A stretch of 51,084 nt of DNA from Candidatus Parcubacteria bacterium (GCA_039795715.1 JBDKLD010000075.1:1-51084); one strand, 5' to 3'; counted from the stretch's first letter, positions 23,656 to 32,575 are shown. Notes: generated by a model from the sequence alone, not told the origin. Numbers and translations: made by a program.

Positions 23656-24492
23656 TTATATGGCAATGGGAAAATTGATCTTCTCCCCGTGCTGATAATT
23701 AGTAAATGTTGTATCTGTGAACTTCCAATTGAGTATACCTGTAAAACTTTCTGTGATAGCGGCGGGATAACTGGAATTTTCTACCTCCAATAACTTCTTC
23801 GCTCCTTCAATATGGTTTTCATAAAGCTCTACCTGTCCGAACATGCCTATTACTTTTCCCTCCTCGTAACCTGTCTCTAAACAAATTAGGTGAAGGAGCA
23901 AGGCGTGCTGAGCAAAGTCATTTGGCAAACCGAGACATACATCTGCACTTCGCTGATAAAATATCAGGCAAAGTTCATCTCCGTATTTAAGTATCTGAAA
24001 AGCAAATGGGCACGGGGGTATCGACTGCTGATCGATGTCTTTCGGATTCCATTGTGATACAACGAGCCTTTTGCTTTCTGGGTTTTCTTTAATTTTCTCA
24101 ATTAGCAACTTAATTTGATCTACTCCTTGGTCCGTGTAATCGCCTATTCCTTTGTAATCAGCTCCAAAATTTCGCCATTCGAATCCATATGTAGGGCCAA
24201 GATCGTTGGGATTTTCTGATTGATTACTTTGCCACTGATCCCAGAAGTGACAGCCGCGATCGGTCAGCCATTTTTTATCTGTGTAGCCCTTGAGATAAAA
24301 TTCAGTTTCCACTCTCATGCTTTTCTGCGGCATTTGACGAAGTGTACATAGTGGGAATCCAAGCTTCATGTCGTGTTCAATTGTTTTTCCCAAAAGACTG
24401 TATGCTGAAATTCCTGATCGAGTTAGCCTCAAGAAACCTTCATTTAAACATTCTTTAATTATTTCTTTGTATTGTGTATCGAAGTTTTTCAT
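23656..24492 (-). CDS. Thymidylate-synthase-fold enzyme, predicted (d)CMP C5-hydroxymethylase/methylase rather than ThyA
   Basis: ThyA blocks are present: TRSG, FWDQW, DLGPTYGFEWR, IPPC and YQRSADVCLGLP. However, LGLPNDFAQH replaces LGLPFNIASY, putting Asp at the Asn177 position. Cys-His becomes Cys-Pro, and GDTHLY becomes GQVELY. Confidence 0.65.
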   Translation of the reverse strand: MKNFDTQYKEIIKECLNEGFLRLTRSGISAYSLLGKTIEHDMKLGFPLCTLRQMPQKSMRVETEFYLKGYTDKKWLTDRGCHFWDQWQSNQSENPNDLGPTYGFEWRNFGADYKGIGDYTDQGVDQIKLLIEKIKENPESKRLVVSQWNPKDIDQQSIPPCPFAFQILKYGDELCLIFYQRSADVCLGLPNDFAQHALLLHLICLETGYEEGKVIGMFGQVELYENHIEGAKKLLEVENSSYPAAITESFTGILNWKFTDTTFTNYQHGEKINFPIAI

Positions 24493-24496
24493 ATAT

Positions 24497-25258
24497 TTAT
24501 CTACTTGGCTTCTTTGCCTGCATTACTAAGGTGAATGGAATCATTTTAGATTTACTTTTTGAGTACGTGCTTGAGAAAACGTGTTTCTTTTCTTTGTCGT
24601 TATTCGTCGTAATCTCATGGAATGCCGTCACATCGAAACCTGCTTTTTTGAGAAGTTGGAACCAAGTACTCGGCTTAGCCTGAAATGATTGAATGTTATA
24701 GCCAGTTTGATTCCAATTGAATCGCACTGTCGGTTTTTCCTGATTGTATGAGTTCTGAAATACTACTTTACCGTCATGCTCATCTACTACCCTGACCAAA
24801 TAGTGATCCCAGCTAAAGGTGAACGTGCCGCCTGGTTTGAGAACTCTGAATACTTCCCCCAAAGTCTTCTCAATGTCTTCGGACCAGCCGATTCCATACA
24901 CACTGAATACTTCATCGAACGTGTTTTCGGAAAAAGGAAAGTCTTTCGACATATCAGATGTTTGGAAAGAAATTTCCTTGCTTCCGTACTTCTTTTTCGC
25001 CTCATTAATGCCGTTTTGGGAGATATCGATACCGATATATTCTTTTGGGTTTTTCTTAGCGACAAACGGTACTGATTCTCCTATACCACAACCGATCTCC
25101 AATAATGACTTGCCCGTGATAGTTAATAGTTTAGGAGTTAGGTCTGAGCCTGACGAATGGAGTCCCCACGAAGGAAGAAAGGTTCCTCCTGAATGGTAAT
25201 CCCCTGAGTAAAGGGAGTTCCAAGCCTTGGCGTTATTGGTTTTTACCTTGTTTTTCAT
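24497..25258 (-). CDS. Class I SAM-dependent methyltransferase
   Basis: SLLEIGCGIGES (motif I), IGIDIS and LKPGGTFTF. It is the first gene of the tight four-gene operon. Confidence 0.75.
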   Translation of the reverse strand: MKNKVKTNNAKAWNSLYSGDYHSGGTFLPSWGLHSSGSDLTPKLLTITGKSLLEIGCGIGESVPFVAKKNPKEYIGIDISQNGINEAKKKYGSKEISFQTSDMSKDFPFSENTFDEVFSVYGIGWSEDIEKTLGEVFRVLKPGGTFTFSWDHYLVRVVDEHDGKVVFQNSYNQEKPTVRFNWNQTGYNIQSFQAKPSTWFQLLKKAGFDVTAFHEITTNNDKEKKHVFSSTYSKSKSKMIPFTLVMQAKKPSR

Positions 25259-25328
25259 GTCTATAGTTTACAACTTTAATTAAGTATTGTACCGTTTTTT
25301 AGTCATATTTTAAGTTATCCACAGTTTT

Positions 25329-25346
25329 ACCTTTATTTATAAAGGT
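25329..25346. promoter_or_regulatory. Palindrome in the divergent promoter region (candidate operator)
   Basis: ACCTTTAT-tt-ATAAAGGT lies between the methyltransferase operon and the divergent TrmB-like regulator. Confidence 0.3.
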
Positions 25347-25393
25347 TATGGTATAGTAATTGTGTGTCCGATTTTCCGACATATTAAAATTAT

Positions 25394-26140
25394 ATGAACC
25401 AAATCACTGTTTTACTGCAAAAATATGGGTTTAGCGAACGCCATTCAAAGGTATATCTTCACCTTCTCTCAAGCTTAGAGGATACGGTACTTGGGGTAGC
25501 TAAAGCCACCAATATACCTAGGACGACCGTATATACAATCCTGACTGACCTTAAGGACCAAAACCTCGTATCCACCTTTAGGAAGAACAAGGTTCAGTTC
25601 TGGACGCCAGAAAGTGTAAATCAGCTCCAAGTTAATCTCGAGCAGAAGCAGGAAGTCGCTGACTCCCTCGTTCCCCTTTTACGTGACATCACGAGCAAGT
25701 CCCACCTCGGGGATTCTTCGATCCGTATGTTTACCGGAAAAGAAGGCTTGAAGATCGTTTGGGAAGACATCATTTCCTGCCTCGAAGCCGAGAAGCCGCC
25801 TTTTGTATATGCGATCTCTCATACGGACCTGTATTCTATTTTGCCGAAATACTTTCCAGCGTGGATTGAGAGACGCAGAAAGTCTAAAGTTTTTGCAAAA
25901 CTGATTGTCCATCATGGGCACCAGCACCTTCGTTCTGATAGCGGGCAGGAAGTCCGTGCCATGCCAGAAAAATATATTTTTACAGGCGATCTTACTATCT
26001 ATGGGAAAAAAGTAGCCATCTTTGTATTTGAAAAAGACCGATATGAATCGATTATTATTGACTCTCCTGCTTTCGCACAAATGATTCAGGGAATATTTAA
26101 TTACACCTGGGATAATTTGGGAGAGACGGCAAAGATTTAA
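25394..26140 (+). CDS. TrmB-family transcriptional regulator (wHTH + C-terminal sensor domain)
   Basis: LLQKYGFSERHSKVYLHLLSSLEDTVLGVAKATNIPRTTVYTILTDLKDQNLV is a TrmB-type winged helix. Confidence 0.75.
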   Translation: MNQITVLLQKYGFSERHSKVYLHLLSSLEDTVLGVAKATNIPRTTVYTILTDLKDQNLVSTFRKNKVQFWTPESVNQLQVNLEQKQEVADSLVPLLRDITSKSHLGDSSIRMFTGKEGLKIVWEDIISCLEAEKPPFVYAISHTDLYSILPKYFPAWIERRRKSKVFAKLIVHHGHQHLRSDSGQEVRAMPEKYIFTGDLTIYGKKVAIFVFEKDRYESIIIDSPAFAQMIQGIFNYTWDNLGETAKI

Positions 26141-26254
26141 TTTAATAAGTAGTGTCTCATTTCCCGAAAACTGACCCTGGCCGACGAGCTTCATATGCTA
26201 GTGAGACCTACCGAGAGGGTTAAACGCAGTACCTTTTCGCTAGAGTCAAATAAC

Positions 26255-26284
26255 AAAAACCACCATTTTGATGGTTTTTGTTTT
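26255..26284 (+). terminator. Terminator after the TrmB-like gene
   Basis: AAAAACCA-9 nt-TGGTTTTT followed by GTTTT. Confidence 0.5.
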
Positions 26285-26407
26285 ACCTATTCTCAACTTT
26301 TTCCTGCAATTCCTTCAGAAATTCCTCTTTTTCACTTTGTGGCGCAAGTGGTCCTATTTTTTCTAATTTTGAGAAATATATTTAAAAAAATATTGACCCA
26401 GGACAGA

Positions 26408-27007
26408 TTACATCTCAGATGTAATCGTTGACAAGATTTTTCCTATTTCTCCAGAAAAATTCTTTTTTAGTATATGCATTTTAGTTTCAAATTTTGCCAG
26501 AAACCCAAAAAACTTTGCCTTGAATATTTCGTTATCGATACTATTTGCGGCTTCTTCTTGATCTTCTCTATCATTGATGCCCACAGATTTCAAAAATGCC
26601 AATCCATCTAGAGGCAGTAGCATGGCAAATTCACGACTACCCGCTTCTAACTTCAAAACATTGCTCTTAATGGTATTTTGTTGGCATTCCAAAGAGGTAA
26701 GAAATTGTTTCTTGTTTTCTTTGGTTGGGTTGCCCTGAAAAGATGATTCTGTTATATTGTTTTTTTCCATCAATTCCTTATTATGCGCTTCATACATTTT
26801 TGAAGCTTCGTAAAAACTTTCCGTGGATTTGAATATACGCTCTACTGTTTCCATATTTTCAGAAGTAATTTTCTCTGCTTTGTCGTGCAGAAAATCCTGA
26901 TGCTCTGGGTTTTTGGTAGTATCTATAACACTAAAAACCCTCTCGCTCAATTCCTGTTTTTTCTTTTCTGCTATTTCCTGTTCAGTTGGGGTATGCATTG
27001 TTTCCAT
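26408..27007 (-). CDS. Hypothetical helical protein
   Basis: 199-aa ORF rich in Glu and Lys. No motif recognised. Confidence 0.5.
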   Translation of the reverse strand: METMHTPTEQEIAEKKKQELSERVFSVIDTTKNPEHQDFLHDKAEKITSENMETVERIFKSTESFYEASKMYEAHNKELMEKNNITESSFQGNPTKENKKQFLTSLECQQNTIKSNVLKLEAGSREFAMLLPLDGLAFLKSVGINDREDQEEAANSIDNEIFKAKFFGFLAKFETKMHILKKNFSGEIGKILSTITSEM

Positions 27008-27073
27008 ATTTTTTAGTATATCATTTTGAGACCAAATACCATGAACACAGGGGGGGTTGAGTAAGGATGTGTT

Positions 27074-27835
27074 TTATTTCCTGCTATCCCACAACCCCTT
27101 AAAGACTTCCCTTAGATTGTGCGCCATAACAGCGTCATGAATTTCAATGAGGTAATATGGCCTCTGCTTGGTGATGATCATGATGACATATGAACCGACA
27201 ATCCACTGGGTTGCCGAAAATGCATCCGTCGCCCATGGTTTTATATGGCGGCGATGGGAATATTTTTTATCTATCATCTTTTTTTCCACATCAGCATTAT
27301 TTGAAAATAGTTTAAGGTCCCAGTCTTTCGGATCTTCCTTCCATATCCAATCTATCCATTTTTCAAATTTCTCGACAAATGTATGGTCTTGGAAACCCCA
27401 CCATGTGCGCTCCCCTTCTTTCATGCTTTCGTTCCACCTAGGCGCAGCCTCGAATAAGTACTTGTCGAGATCAACTTCATCGACAAACCTGATTTTCGGC
27501 ACTGAATATGTTTTTGACTCTGGGATATTTTTCAAGAAATCCTGCAGTTCGCGAATAGAACTGACTTTGTGCTTTATTTTTTCATTCTCGGCCTCGATCA
27601 CTTTTTCGAGTTCCTTTTCCTTAGCAGGCAGGTAGTAGAGGGTTTTGCCTCCCAAATCTTCAACAATAAGGCCTTTATCTTTGAGCTCCTTAGCCACACC
27701 GTAGACAGTGGTTCTGTTTATCTTGGCTAGCCTAGAAATAAACGCAGGGGCGATCTTCCCATGCTCAAGAATGAGCTTATAGACAGTTTGTTCCTTATTC
27801 CCCAGACCAAGGCTATGCATTACTTTTTCTATCAT
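27074..27835 (-). CDS. TrmB-family transcriptional regulator (second copy)
   Basis: LGLGNKEQTVYKLILEHGKIAPAFISRLAKINRTTVYGVAKELKDKGLI. The C-terminal end, IEIHDAVMAHNLREVFKGLW, parallels the first copy. Confidence 0.75.
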   Translation of the reverse strand: MIEKVMHSLGLGNKEQTVYKLILEHGKIAPAFISRLAKINRTTVYGVAKELKDKGLIVEDLGGKTLYYLPAKEKELEKVIEAENEKIKHKVSSIRELQDFLKNIPESKTYSVPKIRFVDEVDLDKYLFEAAPRWNESMKEGERTWWGFQDHTFVEKFEKWIDWIWKEDPKDWDLKLFSNNADVEKKMIDKKYSHRRHIKPWATDAFSATQWIVGSYVIMIITKQRPYYLIEIHDAVMAHNLREVFKGLWDSRK

Positions 27836-27932
27836 GACCTTATTCTATCATAGTTGTTGATTATTTGTCAACACTTTATATCAAAATACGCATAAAACCT
27901 TGTTAAATATAGCTATTTTCGTTGTTTAGGTA

Positions 27933-27961
27933 TTGACATTACTTGACAAATCTGATATCAT
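27933..27961 (+). promoter_or_regulatory. Sigma70-like promoter for the ABC transporter operon
   Basis: TTGACA, a 17-nt spacer, then TATCAT, about 30 nt upstream of the SBP start. Confidence 0.4.
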
Positions 27962-27991
27962 ATGTGCATTACTATTAGTTAATTATTAATT

Positions 27992-28819
27992 ATGAACAAA
28001 TACGGAAATATTGTTACAGGTGTTATCGCAGTAGTCGCTCTTGTCGTCGCTTTTGGGGCCCAGAAAGGTACAAAGGCAGAGTCAGTAGCGGATAAAGTTA
28101 TTAATAACGGCGAAATTCGAATCGGGTATATCATCTATCCCCCTTCGATGATCAAGGATAAGAAAACAGGAAAGCTTTCTGGTTTTTCATATGACCTCGT
28201 TGAAGCAGCTGCAAAGAACCTTGGTGTTAAAACAAATTGGGTCGAAGAAGTAGGCTGGGGTTCAGCAATTGAAGGCTTGAAGACCAAGCGTTACGACATT
28301 GTTGGAACTCAAATCTGGCCAAACTCAGCACGTGCTCGTGAGGCTGTATTTTCTATGGCTCCCTTTTACAGTGGTATTTACCCATATGTTCGTACAGGTG
28401 ATACCCGCCTTTCGAACGACTTATCGAAAATAAATTCAAGCAATTATACGCTCAGTATTCTCGATGGTGAAATGTCATCTTTTATCGCAAAACAGGATTA
28501 CCCATTGGCAAAGGTAAATGCTCTTCCTCAGCTCTCTTCATACGCTGAAGTATTCCTCAATGTGACAAACAAAAAGGCTGACTTAGCTTTTGCTGAACCT
28601 TCTGCCGCTAATGACTTCCTTAAATCGAATCCGGGAACTCTCGTACGTGCTACGGATAAGCCTATTCGCACATTCGGTTTGGATTTTGCATTCGCACGCG
28701 GTGAAGATTCTATGGCTGCAATGTGGAACACTGCACTCGAAGAGCTAGTAAACGACGGTACAGTTGCCCGCACGCTTGAAAAGTACGGCGTGTCTAACGA
28801 CTATATCCTCGCGAAGTAA
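27992..28819 (+). CDS. ABC transporter substrate-binding protein (family 3, polar amino-acid type)
   Basis: N-terminal anchor. IRIGYIIYPPS...GFSYDLVEAAAKNLG...RYDIVGTQIW is SBP_bac_3-like. Confidence 0.75.
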   Translation: MNKYGNIVTGVIAVVALVVAFGAQKGTKAESVADKVINNGEIRIGYIIYPPSMIKDKKTGKLSGFSYDLVEAAAKNLGVKTNWVEEVGWGSAIEGLKTKRYDIVGTQIWPNSARAREAVFSMAPFYSGIYPYVRTGDTRLSNDLSKINSSNYTLSILDGEMSSFIAKQDYPLAKVNALPQLSSYAEVFLNVTNKKADLAFAEPSAANDFLKSNPGTLVRATDKPIRTFGLDFAFARGEDSMAAMWNTALEELVNDGTVARTLEKYGVSNDYILAK

Positions 28820-28849
28820 TCGCAAAAGTAACTAATTACAGAAAATTAT

Positions 28850-29503
28850 ATGTGGAACGTATTAATCAACTATCACCAATTATTGCTCCAAGGTTTTTTG
28901 ACCACACTCAAACTCCTTGGGTCAATTATCCTCATTGGGGTTCCGCTCGGAACCCTGTTGGGTGTAATCGGCGGCAGGCACAGTCCGGAACTTGGCAAAA
29001 TAATTAAGGGTGCACGGTTCGTCACAAAAGTTGTACCGGTGCTTGTGCTCTTGTTTTGGCTCCATTTCCCCCTGCAAGGATTACTTGGTGTCGTAGTTGA
29101 TCCGTTCTGGACGACGATCGTCGCTCTTGGGCTGATTAATATGATTTCCACAGCTCACATTGTTACTACGGAACTTGAGTTACTTCCTAAAGCCTACAGA
29201 GAGGCTGGGACTACACTCGGTATGACCAAAAATCAGATAACAAAATATATTGAATTACCTTTGCTACTCCGAAGGGTAATGCCACAACTTCTACTCAACC
29301 AGGCGGCAATGCTTGAATACACTCTGTTCGCAAGTCTGATTTCAGTTCCGGAATTATTCCGGGTCGCCCAAACAATCAATGCCATGGTCTACAAACCAGT
29401 CGCGATATATTCCCTTCTCGTCATCTTCTTCTTGGCTATTCTCGCACCGCTTCATCTCTCGGTTTCTTGGTTTCAAAAGAAATATGCTAACCAATATGCT
29501 TAA
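28850..29503 (+). CDS. ABC transporter permease (His/Glu/Gln/Arg type)
   Basis: 217 aa, multi-TM, with the EAA-loop-like REAGTTLGMTKNQITKYIELPLLLRRVMP. Confidence 0.8.
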   Translation: MWNVLINYHQLLLQGFLTTLKLLGSIILIGVPLGTLLGVIGGRHSPELGKIIKGARFVTKVVPVLVLLFWLHFPLQGLLGVVVDPFWTTIVALGLINMISTAHIVTTELELLPKAYREAGTTLGMTKNQITKYIELPLLLRRVMPQLLLNQAAMLEYTLFASLISVPELFRVAQTINAMVYKPVAIYSLLVIFFLAILAPLHLSVSWFQKKYANQYA

Positions 29504-30617
29504 TATTAAAAACGCCACAAAAAAATATATTCATGATTCCGAAATAAGAGGAATCAGTGATATTTCTTTTTCGGTAATCCCCGGAGAAATTATTTGCGTA
29601 CTCGGAGCAAGCGGTTCTGGTAAAAGTACACTTCTCCGTGCGCTCGCCGGTCTTGAACTACTAGATAATGGCAATGTTGAAACTGATCAAAAATGTTTAG
29701 TGAGTTATGTTTCTCAGGAATATACACTTTGGCCACACCTTACGGTGCTTGAGAATTTAACTTTGGCACCAAAATTAGTGGGTAGTGAATTAAATAAAGA
29801 AACTACGACCGAAGCAAAAAAACTTTTGGAGAGATTTGGATTAATTGAGTACGCCAATAATTATCCGAGCGAACTCTCTGGCGGACAAAAGCAACGAGTA
29901 GCTTTGCTAAGAGCAATTATGGCAAAGCCAAAAGTGCTTTTGCTCGATGAGATAACTTCAGCCCTTGATCCGGAACTTACCAAAAGCGTCCTCGACCTCA
30001 TCCGTGCACTCGCCAAAGATGGCTACACAATGGTGATAGTCACCCACCACATGTCTTTTGCCCTATCTGTGGCAGACCGAATCCTTTTCCTCAAAAATGG
30101 AAGTATCTTACAAGACAAGAAATCGACTCAATTCTTTTTTAATCAATCAGATCCTGAAGTACGGTCGTTCATTGCTGATATTGCGAGACAAGATGAATCA
30201 ATAGAGGTCTTTCGTGGTATTGAGCAATTCCAGGCTTACCATATCGGTCTCATGAAGCGTTTGCCAGAAAATTCTACTATCTATGTCGCAGGTGCAGTTG
30301 GTGACGCTTGGTACGCGCCAATGGCAGAATTTTATACTCTCTACGAAAAGCTTCGCATTGAGAAAAAAATTATCTGGAAAATGGTTACGTATGATCAGGG
30401 AGAAAAAGACAAACAGCTATTGCGAGATTTCCCTGAACTAAACCAGTTCAGGGAAATGCCAAGAAATATTCAGAACCCAGCAAACTACAACGTATTTGGG
30501 GATACGGTCATTACTCAAATATTTAGCGACGAACCAACAATCATACAAATTAAAAACCAAGACGTGGCAGATGCATACATGCGATTCTTCGAAGAGCTTT
30601 GGGAATCGGGTAAATAA
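29493..30617 (+). CDS. ABC transporter ATP-binding protein with C-terminal TrmB-sensor-like domain
   Basis: Walker A GASGSGKST, signature LSGGQKQR, Walker B LLLDE and H-loop VTHHM. The last ~135 aa parallel the C-terminal domains of both TrmB-like proteins. The start is ATG at 29493 (ATGCTTAA overlap with the permease stop), not 29379. Confidence 0.8.
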   Translation, partial: NMLNIKNATKKYIHDSEIRGISDISFSVIPGEIICVLGASGSGKSTLLRALAGLELLDNGNVETDQKCLVSYVSQEYTLWPHLTVLENLTLAPKLVGSELNKETTTEAKKLLERFGLIEYANNYPSELSGGQKQRVALLRAIMAKPKVLLLDEITSALDPELTKSVLDLIRALAKDGYTMVIVTHHMSFALSVADRILFLKNGSILQDKKSTQFFFNQSDPEVRSFIADIARQDESIEVFRGIEQFQAYHIGLMKRLPENSTIYVAGAVGDAWYAPMAEFYTLYEKLRIEKKIIWKMVTYDQGEKDKQLLRDFPELNQFREMPRNIQNPANYNVFGDTVITQIFSDEPTIIQIKNQDVADAYMRFFEELWESGK

Positions 30618-30793
30618 GTACTTTGTTCCCCAACCCCGTACAAGGAGGTCATATAAGAGGCCCGGCTCCCTTTTCCGGGGTTATACCCTCCCCTTTGTTA
30701 ATGCTAGACTATGCATATCTTCTAGACTAAGTTTAACCAAGGAATGTCCTTGAATTAGTTCGGAAAGCCAGAGACTAGGTTCACAGCGATTAG

Positions 30794-30824
30794 AAAAAGC
30801 ACCATTTAGGTGCTTTTTCTTTTA
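30794..30824. terminator. Bidirectional terminator between the ABC operon and the convergent methyltransferase
   Basis: AAAAAGCACC-attta-GGTGCTTTTT (10 bp), with T-runs on both strands. Confidence 0.65.
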
Positions 30825-30944
30825 CACTGTGACGGGCGGAGGCATGTTTTTTCAGCAGGAAAAACAGCCGAGCCGGGGTCGCGAGATTTTCCGAGCGACG
30901 GCGAGGAAAATACTTGTGACCACCATAACAATTTTCGGTTAGCT

Positions 30945-31589
30945 TTATAGTCTTTCCAAGATGCATAGATGGGCCAAAGCACCTGCTTCTTCGCAGTTTG
31001 TCATTTTCAAACCAGCTTTATTTGCCAACTCTTCCAATTCATCTTTAGTAAACTGCTCTGAAGTATAGGCTCCAACGCTTTCATCGAAAGTTACATAGCC
31101 ATCCTTTACTTTTTTTACAGGAACCCCGATTTGCTTGTACATTTCTAGCCTTTCATTTAGAGCTTTTTCCGAATAGACACTGACAATAATCTTTCCATTT
31201 TCTTTAGTTACTCTTTTCGCTTCTTCAAGAGCCTTAACTTTTTTGTCCGCAAAATTAACCAGTGTCATCATTAGAACAGTACAGTCGAAAGTATTTTCCT
31301 TGAAAAAAAGGTTGGTTGCATCGGCTTGTTGTATATCTACCGATGGATACTCTTTGAGATTTTCTTTTGCGTCTTTGATGGCTTGTGGGTCATTATCGAT
31401 TCCTGTAATGTCGCTTGTAATATTTAGTAATGAAATAATGTTGCGACCATTACCGCAACCTACATCTAGAACCTTAGCATTATTGGAAATGTGGCTGCGT
31501 AAATACTCTTTTTCTTTCTCGAAGAGGACTTGGAAGCCAGGTGATGGATTTTCTTCAATTCGTTCCCAAAAATCTATATTTGCTGACAT
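30945..31589 (-). CDS. Class I SAM-dependent methyltransferase
   Basis: VLDVGCGNGRNIISL motif I, ITGIDNDP and GKIIVSVY. Confidence 0.75.
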   Translation of the reverse strand: MSANIDFWERIEENPSPGFQVLFEKEKEYLRSHISNNAKVLDVGCGNGRNIISLLNITSDITGIDNDPQAIKDAKENLKEYPSVDIQQADATNLFFKENTFDCTVLMMTLVNFADKKVKALEEAKRVTKENGKIIVSVYSEKALNERLEMYKQIGVPVKKVKDGYVTFDESVGAYTSEQFTKDELEELANKAGLKMTNCEEAGALAHLCILERL

Positions 31590-31777
31590 GTATATTTACA
31601 TTATCAAAAAATACCTAGGTGTGCCAAATAAATAAGACTTTTCATTTATCTTAAGCCAAACTTTCCATTTCTGCTATACTGACCTGTATTTAGGGGTCGC
31701 CAGTTACTCCCTCGGAAACCCACCTCTAAGGGTCACAATTCAATTAAAAACCCCAGGAAATTTCCCAGGGTTACATT

Positions 31778-32575
31778 TCAATCAATATTGCATGGACTCC
31801 GCCTTATGGAGTCGAAATTTTGAGGTGGCATTTCCTGCATTTTTTCGGTCTTTATTGTTTCCTCAATCATTTTCTTTATCCTCTTTGGGTCTCGACGCGC
31901 CACATCTTCATAATCCTTCGGCGCATGCATCCATGGTTTGTTAGGTACATGACGCTCATAATCAAGGAGAGTAGGGACTGGATCTCGGTAACGGTCAGCG
32001 CACACAAAACGACAATTGAGGTAGCCGGTCACAACGTCACTTGTCCAAAGACCATAAATTTTCGGACCGAGTAAATGCGTCGCAATTTCTGCACCGAGTG
32101 CATGGCCCAAAATAGCGAATTGCGTGTTTTTTCTAAAAGTAATCTTGTCCCCCACCAACGTCTTGAGCTGGAAGAATGCATCGAGTAAAACAAGTTCACT
32201 ATCTGTAAGTTTTTGAAGTCTCGAATCTTTTTTGGCCTTTTCCAAAAAACCTGGCCAAGTATCTAATTTCGGCATTTGGTCAGTTTCTTCGATTGCAGGC
32301 ATCCAGTGTTTCTCAAATGTGAGCAATTGATCATAGTCTTCGAGCAAGTGTTGCATGAGAAGTTGCTTTGCGGGCACATTTTTCGGGCCGATTTTATTGC
32401 CAAAAATCTTTTCCAAAATCAGTAAGCCCACATCAATATGATGAAGGAAGAACCGACCAAATATCGAAGGTGTCACCACTTTGTTGAAATCAATCAGAGC
32501 ATGGAATGCTTCATAGTCCTTGGATTTTCCCCCAAAGATCTTCGCGGAATTTTCCGCGTGTTCGTATTTATTCAT
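31778..32575 (-). CDS. Hypothetical protein
   Basis: 265-aa ORF. No motif recognised. Confidence 0.5.
   Translation of the reverse strand: MNKYEHAENSAKIFGGKSKDYEAFHALIDFNKVVTPSIFGRFFLHHIDVGLLILEKIFGNKIGPKNVPAKQLLMQHLLEDYDQLLTFEKHWMPAIEETDQMPKLDTWPGFLEKAKKDSRLQKLTDSELVLLDAFFQLKTLVGDKITFRKNTQFAILGHALGAEIATHLLGPKIYGLWTSDVVTGYLNCRFVCADRYRDPVPTLLDYERHVPNKPWMHAPKDYEDVARRDPKRIKKMIEETIKTEKMQEMPPQNFDSIRRSPCNID

Noticed and set aside
29379-29492. Longer N-terminal extension of the ABC ATPase given by the ORF track
   Set aside because: The extension is an out-of-frame read-through of the permease 3' end with no ABC similarity. The conserved N-terminus begins at MLNIKNATKKY, with an ATG overlapping the permease stop.
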